From NCBI GenBank assembly GCA_964016885.1, contig OZ024747.1:16120001-16184000 (forward strand): a stretch of DNA of 64,000 bases. The letters run 5' to 3'. This DNA comes from Eledone cirrhosa. Taxonomy: Eukaryota. Positions 29,736-43,367 of the stretch are shown here, one piece after another (the first letter of the stretch is position 1; each line of letters begins with the position of its first letter). The notes under the pieces were generated by a model that was not told where the DNA came from, ran no database searches, and saw nothing but the letters and a program-made list of their open reading frames with translations. Made by a program: the position numbers and the translations under genes.

Positions 29736-31908
29736 GTTCTTTGAGTCTCAGTCATTGATGTTATTTAACTGGAAAGTTTGTTGAAATGAATATCAAGCCG
29801 CTACCTGCAGCCTCAGATATTCAGGACATATCGGAGGGTTCTTGCTGTTCCCAGCAAGCATGCCTTTTGAAGTGTTCCATCCTTGGAAACTCTTTGAGAT
29901 AGTACCTAGTGCGCCTATGACAATCGGGACGACTCTGACTTCATGGCAGTTCCAAATCCTTTTTACCTCCAAATTTAAGTCTTAGTATCGGTTAATTTTC
30001 TCCCTCTCCTTTTCTTGCACTCTAGTGTCAAATGGGCAGGCTACATCTACAATGAGGCACGATCTTTTCTCCTTGTCCAAAACCACCAGGTCAGGCCTAT
30101 TGTGTTCCAGTTTCTTATCCGTCTGAATCCTAAAATCCCATAGCACCTTCACCTGATCGTTTTCTATCACCGACTTTGGCTTATACTTATACCACTTCTC
30201 AGAATGTGGTAAATTGTTTACTTTGCATAGGTGCCAGTGGATCACCCTGCCCATCACATCATGTCTCCAGCCTTTATAGTGAGTCTGGGCTAAGTGTTTA
30301 CACTCGGATACAATGTGAGCCACAGTCTCCTCTCTCTCTCTCCACAGATCCTACACAGTGGACTAGCCTCCACCTTGTAAATATGCTGTTTCACCCACCA
30401 CTGAGTGCCTGCTCTTGCGCAGCCATTAGCATTCCTTGTGTAGCCTTTTTAAGGTCTCCTCTTTTTAACTTGTTCCATGTCTGTGGATTTCTAAATTCAG
30501 TTTTATCAAAGAAGGTACTATGAAGGGATTTTTCATGAAGGTTAGTCTTCCTCCTTGTTATTATTTCCTCCTTGGACATCCCCTAGTCTATTGTTCTTTC
30601 GTTCAGTACAATTCTGAGCATTGGCTCCCTACTGTCGGTCACGTATTTGTGCAGGTTGTTTTTCTCCATCTTAACACAGTCCTCTATGCTGATAAGTCCT
30701 CTTCCACCTCCAGATCTCTTTAAGTAGAGTCTATCGACATTACTCATCTTGTGGAATATGTTGTAGATAGTCAATAGCTTCCTAGTGTTACTATCCATTT
30801 CTTTTTGTTCAGCAACATTCCATCTCATAATTCCCGCACTGTACCTAATAATAGACACATCTCGGGAATTCAGTGCACTTATGACATTCCTACTATTTAG
30901 ATCTGATTTTAATACGCTCCCTACTCTCCTAATGTACTCAGATCTTATCAATTCCTTCATTTTTTTGTTCTTGATGTCATCTGCCTCCAGAACATCTAAA
31001 TATTTGTATCCTTCTTCAGTGTCAATTTCCTTTATCATCTCACCTGTTGGTACCTGGATTCCGTTGCTTCTGCTCAATTTACCCCTCTTCATCATTAGAA
31101 TTCCACACTTAATAATACCAAATTGAATACCTATATCACTGCTGAAAATACGGACAGTGTCAACAAGCACACCCAGTTCCCTCTCACTCTTTCCAAAGAG
31201 TTTAAGATCATCCATGAAGAGGAGGTAGTTGATGGTAAGCTCTCATTTTCCCAACTTGTATACTGCTCTCGCTCTTCGCAATATAATGATCAGGGGCATC
31301 AGGGCAAGGACAAACAACAGAGAGGACTGACTATCCACCTGGAAGATACTTCTCTTGATCTTCACGCCTCCCATGGATTCTCCACCCGATGTTAATTATG
31401 TATCCCAGGGCTTCATTCTTTTGCTCAACAACTGTCTGATGTTATCTGCCACCTTGAAGATCTCTAGGCTTTTGGTTATCCAATAATGAGGTACCATGTC
31501 GAAATGCCTTTTTGTAGTCTATCCATCCAATGGCAAGACCAGTGTGTCTCCTCTTGCAATTCCTCATTATCATCTTATCAATAAGTAGCTGGTCTTTTGT
31601 ACCACGGGACTTCTTTCGGTATCCTTTCTGTTCGTCCTGCAACAAGTTGTTTGTGTGGAGGTGATGGTAGATTTCCTCAGATACAATGCTTGTTAACAGT
31701 TACCACATTACGGATAGGCATGTAATAGGTCTATAGTTGGTAACATCATTACCCTTGATTCGGTCTTTCATTACCATGACTGTGGTACCATTTGTCAACC
31801 ACTCTGTTACCTCCCGCGACATCAATCAGTCATTGAACATGATTGTCAGTTTCGGGTGGAGGGATGTTATATTTTTAATCCAATACCCCTGCACACCCTC
31901 TGGGCCTG
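29736..31908 (-). mobile_element. R4/Dong-like non-LTR retrotransposon (RT plus restriction-like endonuclease), 5'-truncated and frameshifted
   Basis: RT motifs [25 protein letters not shown]; zinc knuckle ..HIVSEC; RHD, LWDF.IQTD, RPDLVV, IVDVACPFD, KEREKI; both ends in (TTA)n. Confidence 0.9.
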
Positions 31909-31938
31909 ATTATTATTATTATTATTATTATTATTATT

Positions 31939-32273
31939 GTTTTTTGAGTCTCAGTCATTGATATTATTTAACTGGAAAGTTTGTTGAAATGAATATCAAG
32001 CCACTACCTGCAGCCTCAGATATTCAGGACATATCGGAGGGTTCTTGCTGTTCCCAGCAAACATGCCTTTTTAAGTGTTCCTAAAGCGGGGCGAGACCAA
32101 TCTTCTTTAACCATCCTTGGAATGTCTTTGAGATAGTACGTAGTGCGCTTATGACAATCGGGACCACTTTGACTTCATGACACTTCCAAATCCTTTTTAA
32201 CTCCCACTTTAAGTCCTGGTATCGTTTAATTTTCTCCCTCTCCTTCTTTTGCACCCTCGTGTCGAATGGGCAG
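31939..32273 (-). mobile_element. Second R4/Dong-like 3' fragment in tandem
   Basis: Repeats the 3' end of 29736-30040 (CPFDTRVQKKEREKIKRYQDLKWE...); separated from it by (TTA)n. Confidence 0.9.
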
Positions 32274-32322
32274 ATTATTACAATTGTTATATAGAAACAA
32301 TTATTATTATTATGATTATTAT

Positions 32323-32389
<67 letters not shown>

Positions 32390-32396
<7 letters not shown>

Positions 32397-32620
32397 ACTA
32401 GAAATTGATTAACATATAAATATACATGAATAATCACTGGAGATAATTTTTATCTCCTGTGATTATTCATGTATATTTATATGTTAATCAATTTCTAGTT
32501 ATTATAAATGCTCGGATATATCTTTGTGCTTATTTCCAGGCGATATGGCGCACGCCGTTATGGCATGACACCCACAATTTCGATTTGGATTAAATTCATT
32601 TAAATTATCTTAATTTTGTT

Positions 32621-32623
<3 letters not shown>
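32390..32623 (+). mobile_element. Fold-back element (palindrome 32390-32506 plus tail), no HHR visible
   Basis: ~55-bp arms around ggagataatttttatctcc; between (TA)n tracts. Confidence 0.7.
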
Positions 32624-32661
<38 letters not shown>

Positions 32662-32681
32662 TTATATAAATTATATATATA

Positions 32682-32942
32682 TAAGCAAAGATATTTAATT
32701 TGATGGTTATTCAACTAATTTATTTATAACAGATTCGAAGCACCCTACAACTTTCTTCTGGAGTATAATATCAATAATATTAATAAATGGAAACTTTCTT
32801 TGTAAAATAAATATGGTTTTATAAAGATAGTTTTCATTTATTAATATTATCGATATTATACTCTAGAAGAAACTTGTAGAGTGCTTCGAATCTGTTATAA
32901 ATAAATTTGTTGAATAAGCAACAAATTAAATATCTGCTTATG

Positions 32943-32946
<4 letters not shown>
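32682..32946. mobile_element. Imperfect ~265-bp palindrome in (TA)n
   Basis: Arms ..tatttataacagattcgaagcac.. / ..gtgcttcgaatctgttataaata.. Confidence 0.75.
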
Positions 32947-33041
<95 letters not shown>

Positions 33042-33054
33042 ATATATATATATA

Positions 33055-35047
33055 GTGATAATAATAAATCTGAAGACTAAAATCCAGATAAATATATCTC
33101 AAATATATAAGAACCGTAGAGCAAATATTTATTAAAATAACAGATTAAAGTTTAAGCAAAGAATCGCTGCTTTCACCCTTAGCATGCTCTTCTGAAACTA
33201 ACAAAGTCAATCTGTGAACGTAGAAGTGAATATTTCAAAAAACTTTGCAACCGGAGGAAGATAGGAAGACAATAATTTGTTTCGTGGAAACGTTCCCTGG
33301 CAAAGAACGGGGAAAAAAAGAATATAATACGTCATTATTTGGAGCAGTGAAAAACGATTACACGCAAAGACAAAACCACGTAAAAGAAGTCGTAGACTAA
33401 TATTATCTTAGGTGGTTTATAGCGACGTTCTCTGGCAATGAACGGACAAAACGAAGAAAATACGTCATATGTGGAAGGTGGAGAACAATTGCACGCAAAG
33501 ACAAAACCACGTAAATGGTATAACTGAAGTCGTAGACTAAAACTCTAAATAGGAAACCGAATGATTCTCGGCTTCAGAGTTAAGAATAAAGTCAATAAAA
33601 TACAGAGGTAATTGAAATTAAATAAATACATACGCGCATCCATATAATTACATACACAAGCATACGCGAAAACACTCGCCATATGTATACAAATACACGC
33701 ACATATAAAAATGTGTGTGTGTGTGTCTATACAAATAATTAAATAAACTTATATAAATAAATAAAAACGTATATAACAAGCGCACACACATACCTACATG
33801 AAAATACACATATGTTCGGAGACCTATGTCAACCAAAACACGAAGTACACATATACACACATCCTACATACGCACGAACCCGCATACTCACACAGACGCA
33901 AAACTCACGTATACACATAATCAAAAGCATATGTAGCAGAATATATAAAAATATACGCCATAACATATACAATCAAATATACGTACAGGTAATATATACA
34001 TACCTATGCAAATAAGTAATGGTATAAAGATAACATATAGTTAGCTACCACATCAAGACGTGAAATATCCGCGTATAGATGGTACTATCCGTTAGGGTAT
34101 AATGTGGGGCTGTAATACAGTAAAGTGTTGTGCAATTTATGTTTACAAGCCGAAATTGCCTCAGATATTTTGTTTAAGATGTGGTATGTGGCGTAGAGTA
34201 TTTCCAGGGCCTCAGCGGCGCAGAGATCACATGGTCTTTTATTTCCGTTATACGATCTAGCCCTAGCTAGGCACTCCCAGTGTAACTTATATTGGGTGTG
34301 GTTGTCTTTTAGTTTCCAGATATAAGCTGAAAGTGACGTCATATTCCTTCTTAGAGGGTAACGAAAAGAATGGGTATGCATGTAAAGACGCTGCTTGAAT
34401 CTATTGGCGGTTAACCCTATGTAGGCCCTGTGGGACGTGGGTGTTTCAACCTTACATTTGTAGACAAAGTTACTAGAGAGGCATTTCCCGGATAGGGGGC
34501 AATCAACCCGATTCCTACAATTACAGTTAGTACTAACTATATGGTTGCGCGTGTTCCTACGGCTAGGTAGTTTAGCTAAATTTGAAGCTGTGATGTTATG
34601 TGCAAGGTTAGGAGTCGTAGAGTAAGACATTTTAATAGTATTTCTATTAAAAATGTTACTACATTTATATGTTGGGGGAAAATGCTTCGTAATAAGGCAT
34701 AGAAAGATCTTGACGTATTATCTTCGTTTTTTGCCAGAGAACGTCTCATCTGAACCACCTAAGACAATATTAGTCTACGACTTCTTTCATACCATAAACG
34801 TGGTTTTGTCTTTGCGTGTAATTGTTTTTCACCGCTCCAAATAATGACGCATTATGTTCGTTTTTTCCCGTTCTTTGCCAGATAACGTTTCCAGGAACCA
34901 AAGTATCGTCTTCCTGTCTTCCTCCGGTTGCAACGTTTTTTGAAATATTCACTTCTACGTTCACAGATTGACTTTGGTAGTTTCAGATGATCCCGTTAAG
35001 TGTGAAAACAGCGATTCTTTGCTTAAACTTTAATCTGATATTTTAAT
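33055..35047 (-). mobile_element. Penelope-like retroelement (family E): tail, terminal repeat, 3'UTR, endonuclease ORF, inverted terminal repeat
   Basis: GIY-YIG ORF; 34711-35047 is an inverted copy of ~33135-33470; HHR-like motifs at 33149-33199 (-) and 34979-35029 (+); (TA)n on both sides. Confidence 0.9.
34085..34708 (-). CDS. 5'-truncated PLE ORF: end of RT thumb, CxCx5Cx5C linker, GIY-YIG endonuclease
   Basis: Frame open upstream of the listed ATG (IFLCLITKHFPPTYKCSNIFNRNTIKMSYS..), CNCRNRVDCPLSGKC, VY..YIG..FKQR..H, CDLC..E, LNK..CKH. Confidence 0.88.
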   Translation of the reverse strand: MFLCLITKHFPPTYKCSNIFNRNTIKMSYSTTPNLAHNITASNLAKLPSRRNTRNHIVSTNCNCRNRVDCPLSGKCLSSNFVYKCKVETPTSHRAYIGLTANRFKQRLYMHTHSFRYPLRRNMTSLSAYIWKLKDNHTQYKLHWECLARARSYNGNKRPCDLCAAEALEILYATYHILNKISEAISACKHKLHNTLLYYSPTLYPNG

Positions 35048-35061
35048 ATATATATATATAT

Positions 35062-35619
35062 AAATATGTAGATAAATCTACCAAGAGTTTACGGTAGTGT
35101 CCAATCCGTATGAAGAACTCAATGTAGTCCGGATATCATGGAAAGAAGAGATGCAATGAAAAATCACTTTCGGTGAAAGATAAACGGAATACAGAGTCAA
35201 GATAAAATATTAAAAAAATAATGAATAAAACAATGAAACAGTTCCTTATATTAAACAAAAAAAGTTCATTATTTAACGATCGTTTCTAGGATATATATGT
35301 GTTAGAATTGGCATGCATATTCAACAGATCTATGTACAAAATTATACAAAATTATACAAACTATCAAGATTAAATATACATACCAAACACACATATATGC
35401 CGTCTTCAGAAATAATATTTCTGAAGACGGCATATATGTGTGTTTGGTATGTATATTTAATCTTGATAGTTTGTATAATTTTGTATAATTTTGTACATAG
35501 ATCTGTTGAATATGCATGCCAATTCTAACACATATATATCCTAGAAACGATCGTTAAATAATGAACTTTTTTTGTTTAATATAAGGAACTGTTTCATTGT
35601 TTTATTCATTATTTTTTTA

Positions 35620-35628
<9 letters not shown>
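35062..35628 (-). mobile_element. Family D fold-back element: tail 35062-35201 plus 427-bp palindrome 35202-35628
   Basis: Mirror ORFs, centre 35415; in (TA)n; related to 58320-58730. Confidence 0.88.
35416..35560 (+). ncRNA. Hammerhead with ~115-nt stem II region (mirror copy on minus)
   Basis: tattt-CTGAAGA-[..catatatgtg...cacatatat..]-GAAA-cgatcg-TT-aaata. Confidence 0.6.
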
Positions 35629-35669
<41 letters not shown>

Positions 35670-35673
<4 letters not shown>

Positions 35674-35983
35674 ATCAAAATCTGGTTAAAAGAGTTCCAT
35701 GTATTTTATTATGCGCATTTCAAAAACAAATATCATCATGTGATGACTATTCACAAGTGTTGTTTAACCTTCTTATCATGTCTCCCTATTTTATCTGACG
35801 CAAACGCAAAAGTCATCGCATGATGATATTTGTTTTTGAAATGCGCATAATAAAATACATGGAACTCTTTTAACCATCTTTTGATCTTATATTATTTATA
35901 CTCCAGTCCTACAAATTGTAGAGTGCTACTTATCCGATATCTGCATTGCTTTATCGTACTACAATAAAACTCACCTCCTACTC
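35670..35983 (+). mobile_element. Family G fold-back element (arms 35670-35748 / 35811-35891, then tail)
   Basis: Inverted arms with ~60-bp spacer; in (TA)n. Confidence 0.8.
35787..35857 (+). ncRNA. Hammerhead motif, family G
   Basis: tattttat-CTGACGc-[long stem II]-GAAA-tgcgca-TA-ataaaata; 8-bp stem I, palindromic helix III; A9 appears mutated. Confidence 0.65.
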
Positions 35984-36009
35984 ATATATATATATATATA
36001 TATATATAT

Positions 36010-36102
<93 letters not shown>

Positions 36103-36428
36103 TATTATTAACACATATATATTAATAAGGTGTGGTGTGTGTATGAAAACTGACTGAACCCTGGTATTTATGTTATCGACCCCCCAGATGCACAGTATAG
36201 ATTACACATCTTCCACGTAACTGAATATAAAAGTACCTCAAGGTACAGTTTCAGACAATCCTAACACGTAGAAGGTTAATTTATTACATTAGTATATTAT
36301 ACTTTCACATCAACATAGTGATCTGGTGTGTACGCTGGAAAGTGGTGTGTCCATGTTATTGCAATGTATAAAATCCATTACTTGCTTTTACTCCTGTGTT
36401 TGCCTCGATATATCTCTGTGCTTATGTA

Positions 36429-36499
36429 TCTGAAATGATGTTGATAATTAGGCATATGTTATCGGTTAACATATGCCTAATTATGAACGTCATTTCAGA
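36429..36499. repeat. 71-bp hairpin abutting a SINE 3' end
   Basis: tctgaaatgatgtt.ataattaggcatatgtta / taacatatgcctaattat.aacgtcatttcaga. Confidence 0.85.
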
Positions 36500-36643
36500 G
36501 GCCAGCAATTACACAGTACATTACTGGTGCTTTATTTTATCGATCCCGTAAGGATGAAAGGCAAAGTTGACCTCGACGGAATTTGAACTCAGACCGTAAT
36601 GGGACGTAACTATGCTGGAAAGTATACTGCCAATTCACCGCCC
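36500..36643 (-). mobile_element. SINE
   Basis: Same family as 6585-6762. Confidence 0.85.
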
Positions 36644-37184
36644 TTAATGTAAATATAATGGAGCTGAATAATTATTAAAATTATCAAATGTAATTTATGT
36701 GAGGGTTTTGTTCATTTATTAGCTGAAAGTAGTTATTTCTATTATATTACCTATGCTTCTTTTAAAAATATTTTCATTTTAAAAATAAAATTAAAATTCA
36801 TTGATTTCCCTATATCAAGATGTATTATCCTATCAATAAATCGACGTGAATTTTAAGCTTTGTGATTGAAATTAATAATGTATTTCCATTTGAGAGGTCT
36901 GGTAATTTCTACATTTTATTATAAGCCCATAATTCTCTAGACAATCCAATCCCTGAATGAACTATTGTTTACTATACATTCCCTCTTTAATCTTATTTAA
37001 ATTCATTTGTTCTATGCCTCTAGGAATCTTATTTCTCGATGTCGATATTACTCAGGCTTACGGCAATTTAGGTATCATTGATCTAACCTAGCATATTCGA
37101 TATTATCATTGTCAGCATCGAGGTGCTGGGATTCATTAGGTGTTTATTTATTTATTCATTTATTTTCACTCTTAGCCTAACATA

Positions 37185-37475
37185 GTTGTTTCTATATTTG
37201 AGCACAAGGCTAGCAATTACCGCAGTGCATTACTAGTACCTTATTCTATCGACCTTGCCTTAGCTCAAAGTAGTATCGTATATTTAATTGTTTCTACTTT
37301 TTTGGCACAAGGCCAGCAATTACCCACTGCATTACTGGTACTTTATTTTATCGACCCTGTATGGATGAAAGGCAAAGTGAACCTCGGCGGGATTTGAACT
37401 CAGACCATAAAAGTACGTAACTATGCTGGAAAGCATGGCGTCCGACTCTCTACCGATACTGCCAATCCACCGCCC
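37185..37475 (-). mobile_element. SINE tail fragment (37185-37256) and full SINE (37286-37475)
   Basis: Full copy flanked by direct repeat tatcgtatatttaat (TSD). Confidence 0.88.
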
Positions 37476-39278
37476 TATCGTATATTTAATGAGAGTTCTT
37501 CAGTGTCTTAATACACAGAACTTTTTAATAATTTATTATTATTTGTTTGTTATATTTTCTTTTTCAATGTTTAATTAAAGTGCCACACCACGCTAATACT
37601 GCTTGATATATGAGAGGGTGACTGATTGATAGAAGCATTAGACTGTTGAACTAAAGACCATGAACTAATTATTTACGAACACTTATATTCTAGTTTCAGA
37701 TCAAGCTACATTATTGCTGACGTCTATGCTTTCACGATTGAAAACATAATATTATCTCGAAGTACCTGGGATAATTCAATTGGTATATACATAACTCAAA
37801 ATTGCCTGGTATGTATATAACCAGTCAAACCCATTCTTCACTTTATCATTGGTGGTGAAGACATGAAGCTTCACATTGCATCCATAAATCATTGTTAGTC
37901 ATTTCCGATGTTTCATTCGTAAGTACAATGATGTTGGTGCGTCTTTGCAAGAGGCTTTGCTTCAAGGAGAAACGTTTTATATACCTAGTTGTCGTTAGCC
38001 TTTTCGGAAAATGATTTATAGATGTATGCCACTATATTATCATTAATTTTATGCGATTTTAATTCAGTTTAAGACGCAGGTGTTTACAGGTTTGCAATCA
38101 ATATGTGCAGGAAGAAAATTCTTTATAAAATAAATCTAACACATTCGAAACTTTATTTCATTGAACCTGTATAAATGGATTTCCGCTGAAGTTAGCTATT
38201 CTCTCATCCTTACCTCGTTGATAAAATAAAGTACCAGTAATACCTCGAAGCCTATGGACGCCGTGCAGCTGCTAATGTGTCTAAATCAAATATAAATATT
38301 GACACCAATTTTTACAAAATAATTTCACGTAGAGATTCATACGGAAATATAAATATTACCCGACCTGCTAAAATAAACAGCAAATCTCTCCCTTGAATCT
38401 CAAATAATACTGCTTTAGGTAATATCGAAATTAATCAGGTTTGGTTGCATATGTAAAAACATTTATCGTAGTCTCAGGTTGATTACGACTGAGTTTGCTA
38501 AAAAACAGTAACACATTTATAATAGGTATTTCTCAATATGCCGTCCTGGTCTATGCAAATACCACTATTTTAAATACAGTCCCTTAGACACACCGCTTGT
38601 GTATTAGTGTAGATTTACACCTGATCATCTTAACTGGTGCAGTTTATAATTCTAGATTATAATTGTCACATTCAAGCCACAATCAGAATAAAACAAACAA
38701 GACATAATTAAATTGAAAATAATGAATAACGAAACCAATAAATGTCTCAACGCACACACATATACATACACACATACACATATAAACACACGCAAACACA
38801 CACAAACACACTCACAAATACACACACATATATGTATATAGATAGATTGAGAGACTCAAGTGCGCATATATATATATTCACTTGCCACTATTCAAAATAT
38901 TTAGACGTTATGATAACATTAATACCTTTATTATTTTCCTTCAGAGGCCACAAGAGGAAGGACTTTTATTGGTATCATTTGTCTTTTCATTATTAGTATT
39001 GTTACTATTTTCGTCATGTTTGTTGTTGTTAATTATCGCAATAACTGTCCCAAAATACCAATGTTTATTTAGTTAAGTTTGTTTTTATTCTGGCAATAAA
39101 ATATATAATAATGACCAATAAATTCGTGTTAAGGATAATCTAGGTAATATATTAACTATAATGCAGTAAATGTTTAAGCGTAGTTTATAGTGATTTATTT
39201 TACGATGTTTTCAAGACGGTGAAATTGTTTATTCCTAGCATTGGAAAGATAAAGGAAGAAAGCTGATGATGAAGATGA

Positions 39279-39363
<85 letters not shown>

Positions 39364-39400
39364 GCTGCTGCTGTTCCTACTGCTTCTGCTGCTGCTACTC

Positions 39401-39464
<64 letters not shown>

Positions 39465-40841
39465 AGCGGCTACAAATCGTAATAGGATTTTTTTTATTAT
39501 CCACTCAAGACTCACTTTAAGAAAACATTATGGACGACACACGACGAGAAAATGTTGGGTTTTCAGTGTACAAAATGTTAATCAAAACATAGAAAACGGC
39601 AACATTCAAACAAAAAATTCCCCAATAAGGGGAAACTTCCGAGGCTCACTCGAAGAGAAAGCTCATAAAAAAACACCCTCACTATTACCCCTTGGGCGTG
39701 ACGCCTCCCAGTCAGGTTATAGAAACATTTGTCAACGTATCTTTAGCTTGGGCTTTGACACACGTCTGAATTCATAATCGAATTATTTGACTCTAATTGA
39801 TTTAGTTCATGCTTCTGAAAGTATATATTTCCAACTTGAATTATTTATCCATTTAGTTTAAAACTAAACAACGACTATATATTAATGCTGCAAGTGGCAA
39901 CATATGCAATTGTATTTTGCTTTATATTATACAAGTTAGACTTGTTCTATTTCCTGCATAGAACATTAAAAAGCCATATAATACATTATCTGCGAAGACA
40001 AAAGTCATAGGATATTAACATTTTCATTTCTTCGTTATTTAAGGAGATAACTCCGGGCACATATATATATGGTTTTTTCTCACACATTCACTGAAGCATG
40101 TCATTCAACCTACTTGGTGAAACAGCAGAAAGAATCAGTAAACCAATATAGAAGTTATCATATATGCTGACGTGTGAAAACAGATTTTATGGAAATTAGA
40201 TAATTCAAACAGTATGTAGTTTCTATGATACACAAAGGATAGCGCATCTTGAAAGTATCTAGATACAAAAACACACAGGTGTACGCGTGTATACACACAC
40301 ATTCACATGCACATACACAGACACACATACATGCATATATGCGTTCCGAAAGAAAATACTATATTCAGAAAGTATGGTGGCACTCAGAAAATAGTAATAA
40401 GCAGCATATCTTTACTTTCAAGAGGGTAATTAGTAACACAGAAAATTTCAAAAGGGGAAGAACAATGAAAAACTAGAAAATAATAGACAATGATACGAGG
40501 CCCAATTCTACTTCTTAAGTTTTCGTTTCAGTATTCATCAATAATCTGCTTCTCATTTCTTTTCACGGTTTTAATCTCATCTATATGTATCCTTCGTACG
40601 TTGCTACATCATTATCATCACCATTAAAATATCATTACGGTTAATGTTGTTGTTGTTGCTTTGTTATTAAAGACACAATAAGGCTTGCACAATTACATTG
40701 TATTTCCTGGGTACAGATAAGATATGTCATACATCATACACCGTATATTATACGCACAGATAGACGCTCGCCCACGCTCACACGCACCCACTCAAACACA
40801 CAGACACACACACATATGTGTGTATATATATATATGTGTGT

Positions 40842-41832
<991 letters not shown>

Positions 41833-41835
41833 ATA

Positions 41836-41975
<140 letters not shown>

Positions 41976-41983
41976 CATATACA

Positions 41984-42048
<65 letters not shown>

Positions 42049-42051
<3 letters not shown>

Positions 42052-42410
42052 CAAGGTTTAGCAAATAATGAAAAAGTTTCAAAGTAAATTAAAAAAAATT
42101 GACTTTACTTACGATACCTTTACTTACCTTTACCGAATCGGTTTCGAATCTCAAAAATAAACGGAGACCATACGGCCTTCGTTGCAAAGAAAGATTCTCG
42201 TCAGAAGGTTCTTTTCATTCGAAGAATATAAAATTCTTGAATTTAAATTACGAACTAGCGGTATCCAAAACTGTTCCCGAGATGAGAGTAAATGAAGTGG
42301 AATCAATTTTTTCAAGGGCCGAAAGTAAAGATAGAGGCAGAGGGATTTACGTCGATCGGCCACCACTATCACTAGCAGCAGTTGGAACGACCAAATTTTT
42401 CTCAACATAG
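42049..42410 (-). mobile_element. Family I PLE 3' end in (TA)n
   Basis: Canonical HHR preceded by [11 protein letters not shown], which resembles a GIY-YIG C-terminus. Confidence 0.65.
42126..42209 (-). ncRNA. Canonical type I hammerhead ribozyme
   Basis: acctt-CTGACGA-gaatct..agattc-GAAA-ccg-att-cgg-TA-aaggt; all three stems perfect; GUA site. Confidence 0.85.
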
Positions 42411-42421
42411 TATATATATAC

Positions 42422-42479
<58 letters not shown>

Positions 42480-42492
42480 GCACACACACACC

Positions 42493-42534
<42 letters not shown>

Positions 42535-43367
42535 GGGAGGTGAGGAGGTGTAATAGAATGCTTGAAGCATAGTGGAATATGAAAGTGAAAAGTTGTATGT
42601 TTAGCAAGCCGTAAAATTCAAGTTTGTTAGAATTACCAACGCACGAAGTCAGGAAGGAAGTGAAACCGGAGAGGTAAAAGGTAAGAAATGAGAGAATGAT
42701 GAAAATAACTGGACGAGAGTGAATGAATGTTAAATTAGTAATTCATTGGTGGAAAAACTTTTCGGATTTACCATCCATTATCAGGGGGAATCCTTAGTGA
42801 GAGGGGTATTGGAGAAATCAGAGATTGTCTTCCTGGTTGTTAATATTATATTTCTTTTTAATTTCAGTCGGAATTAAACATGCACGTGTAGTGCAGATTG
42901 AAATATCTATATACCAATGTGCGTTTATATATATGGAGGTGTTTGTGTGTCTTTGTGTATGTTTATGCTTGTACATATGTTTATGGTTGTACATATTTAT
43001 ATCCAAATATGAGTGGAAATAAATGTAAGTGTGCATTTATGTGTGCGTATATCTAAGTATTTTTGTGCCTGTGTAAGCTTGAATATATAATATGTAAGTG
43101 TAAGCATGAATATGATATAGATGTGTGTAAGCATGTGTATGATATAGGTGTGTGTGCGTAAATAAATATAACCATAGGAGTGCATATATAAGATTGTGAC
43201 TATATATATAACGACGTATGTATGTGACCGTCAATGTATCTCTATGTGTGCATATGTATATATATGAGTGTAAATCTGTAAGTTCCCATGTAGTTATAAA
43301 ATGTCTTCCCAACAAACGGGTGTTTCACCTGTGTGCATGTTACTCTACTAATATGTACAGTCGATCA

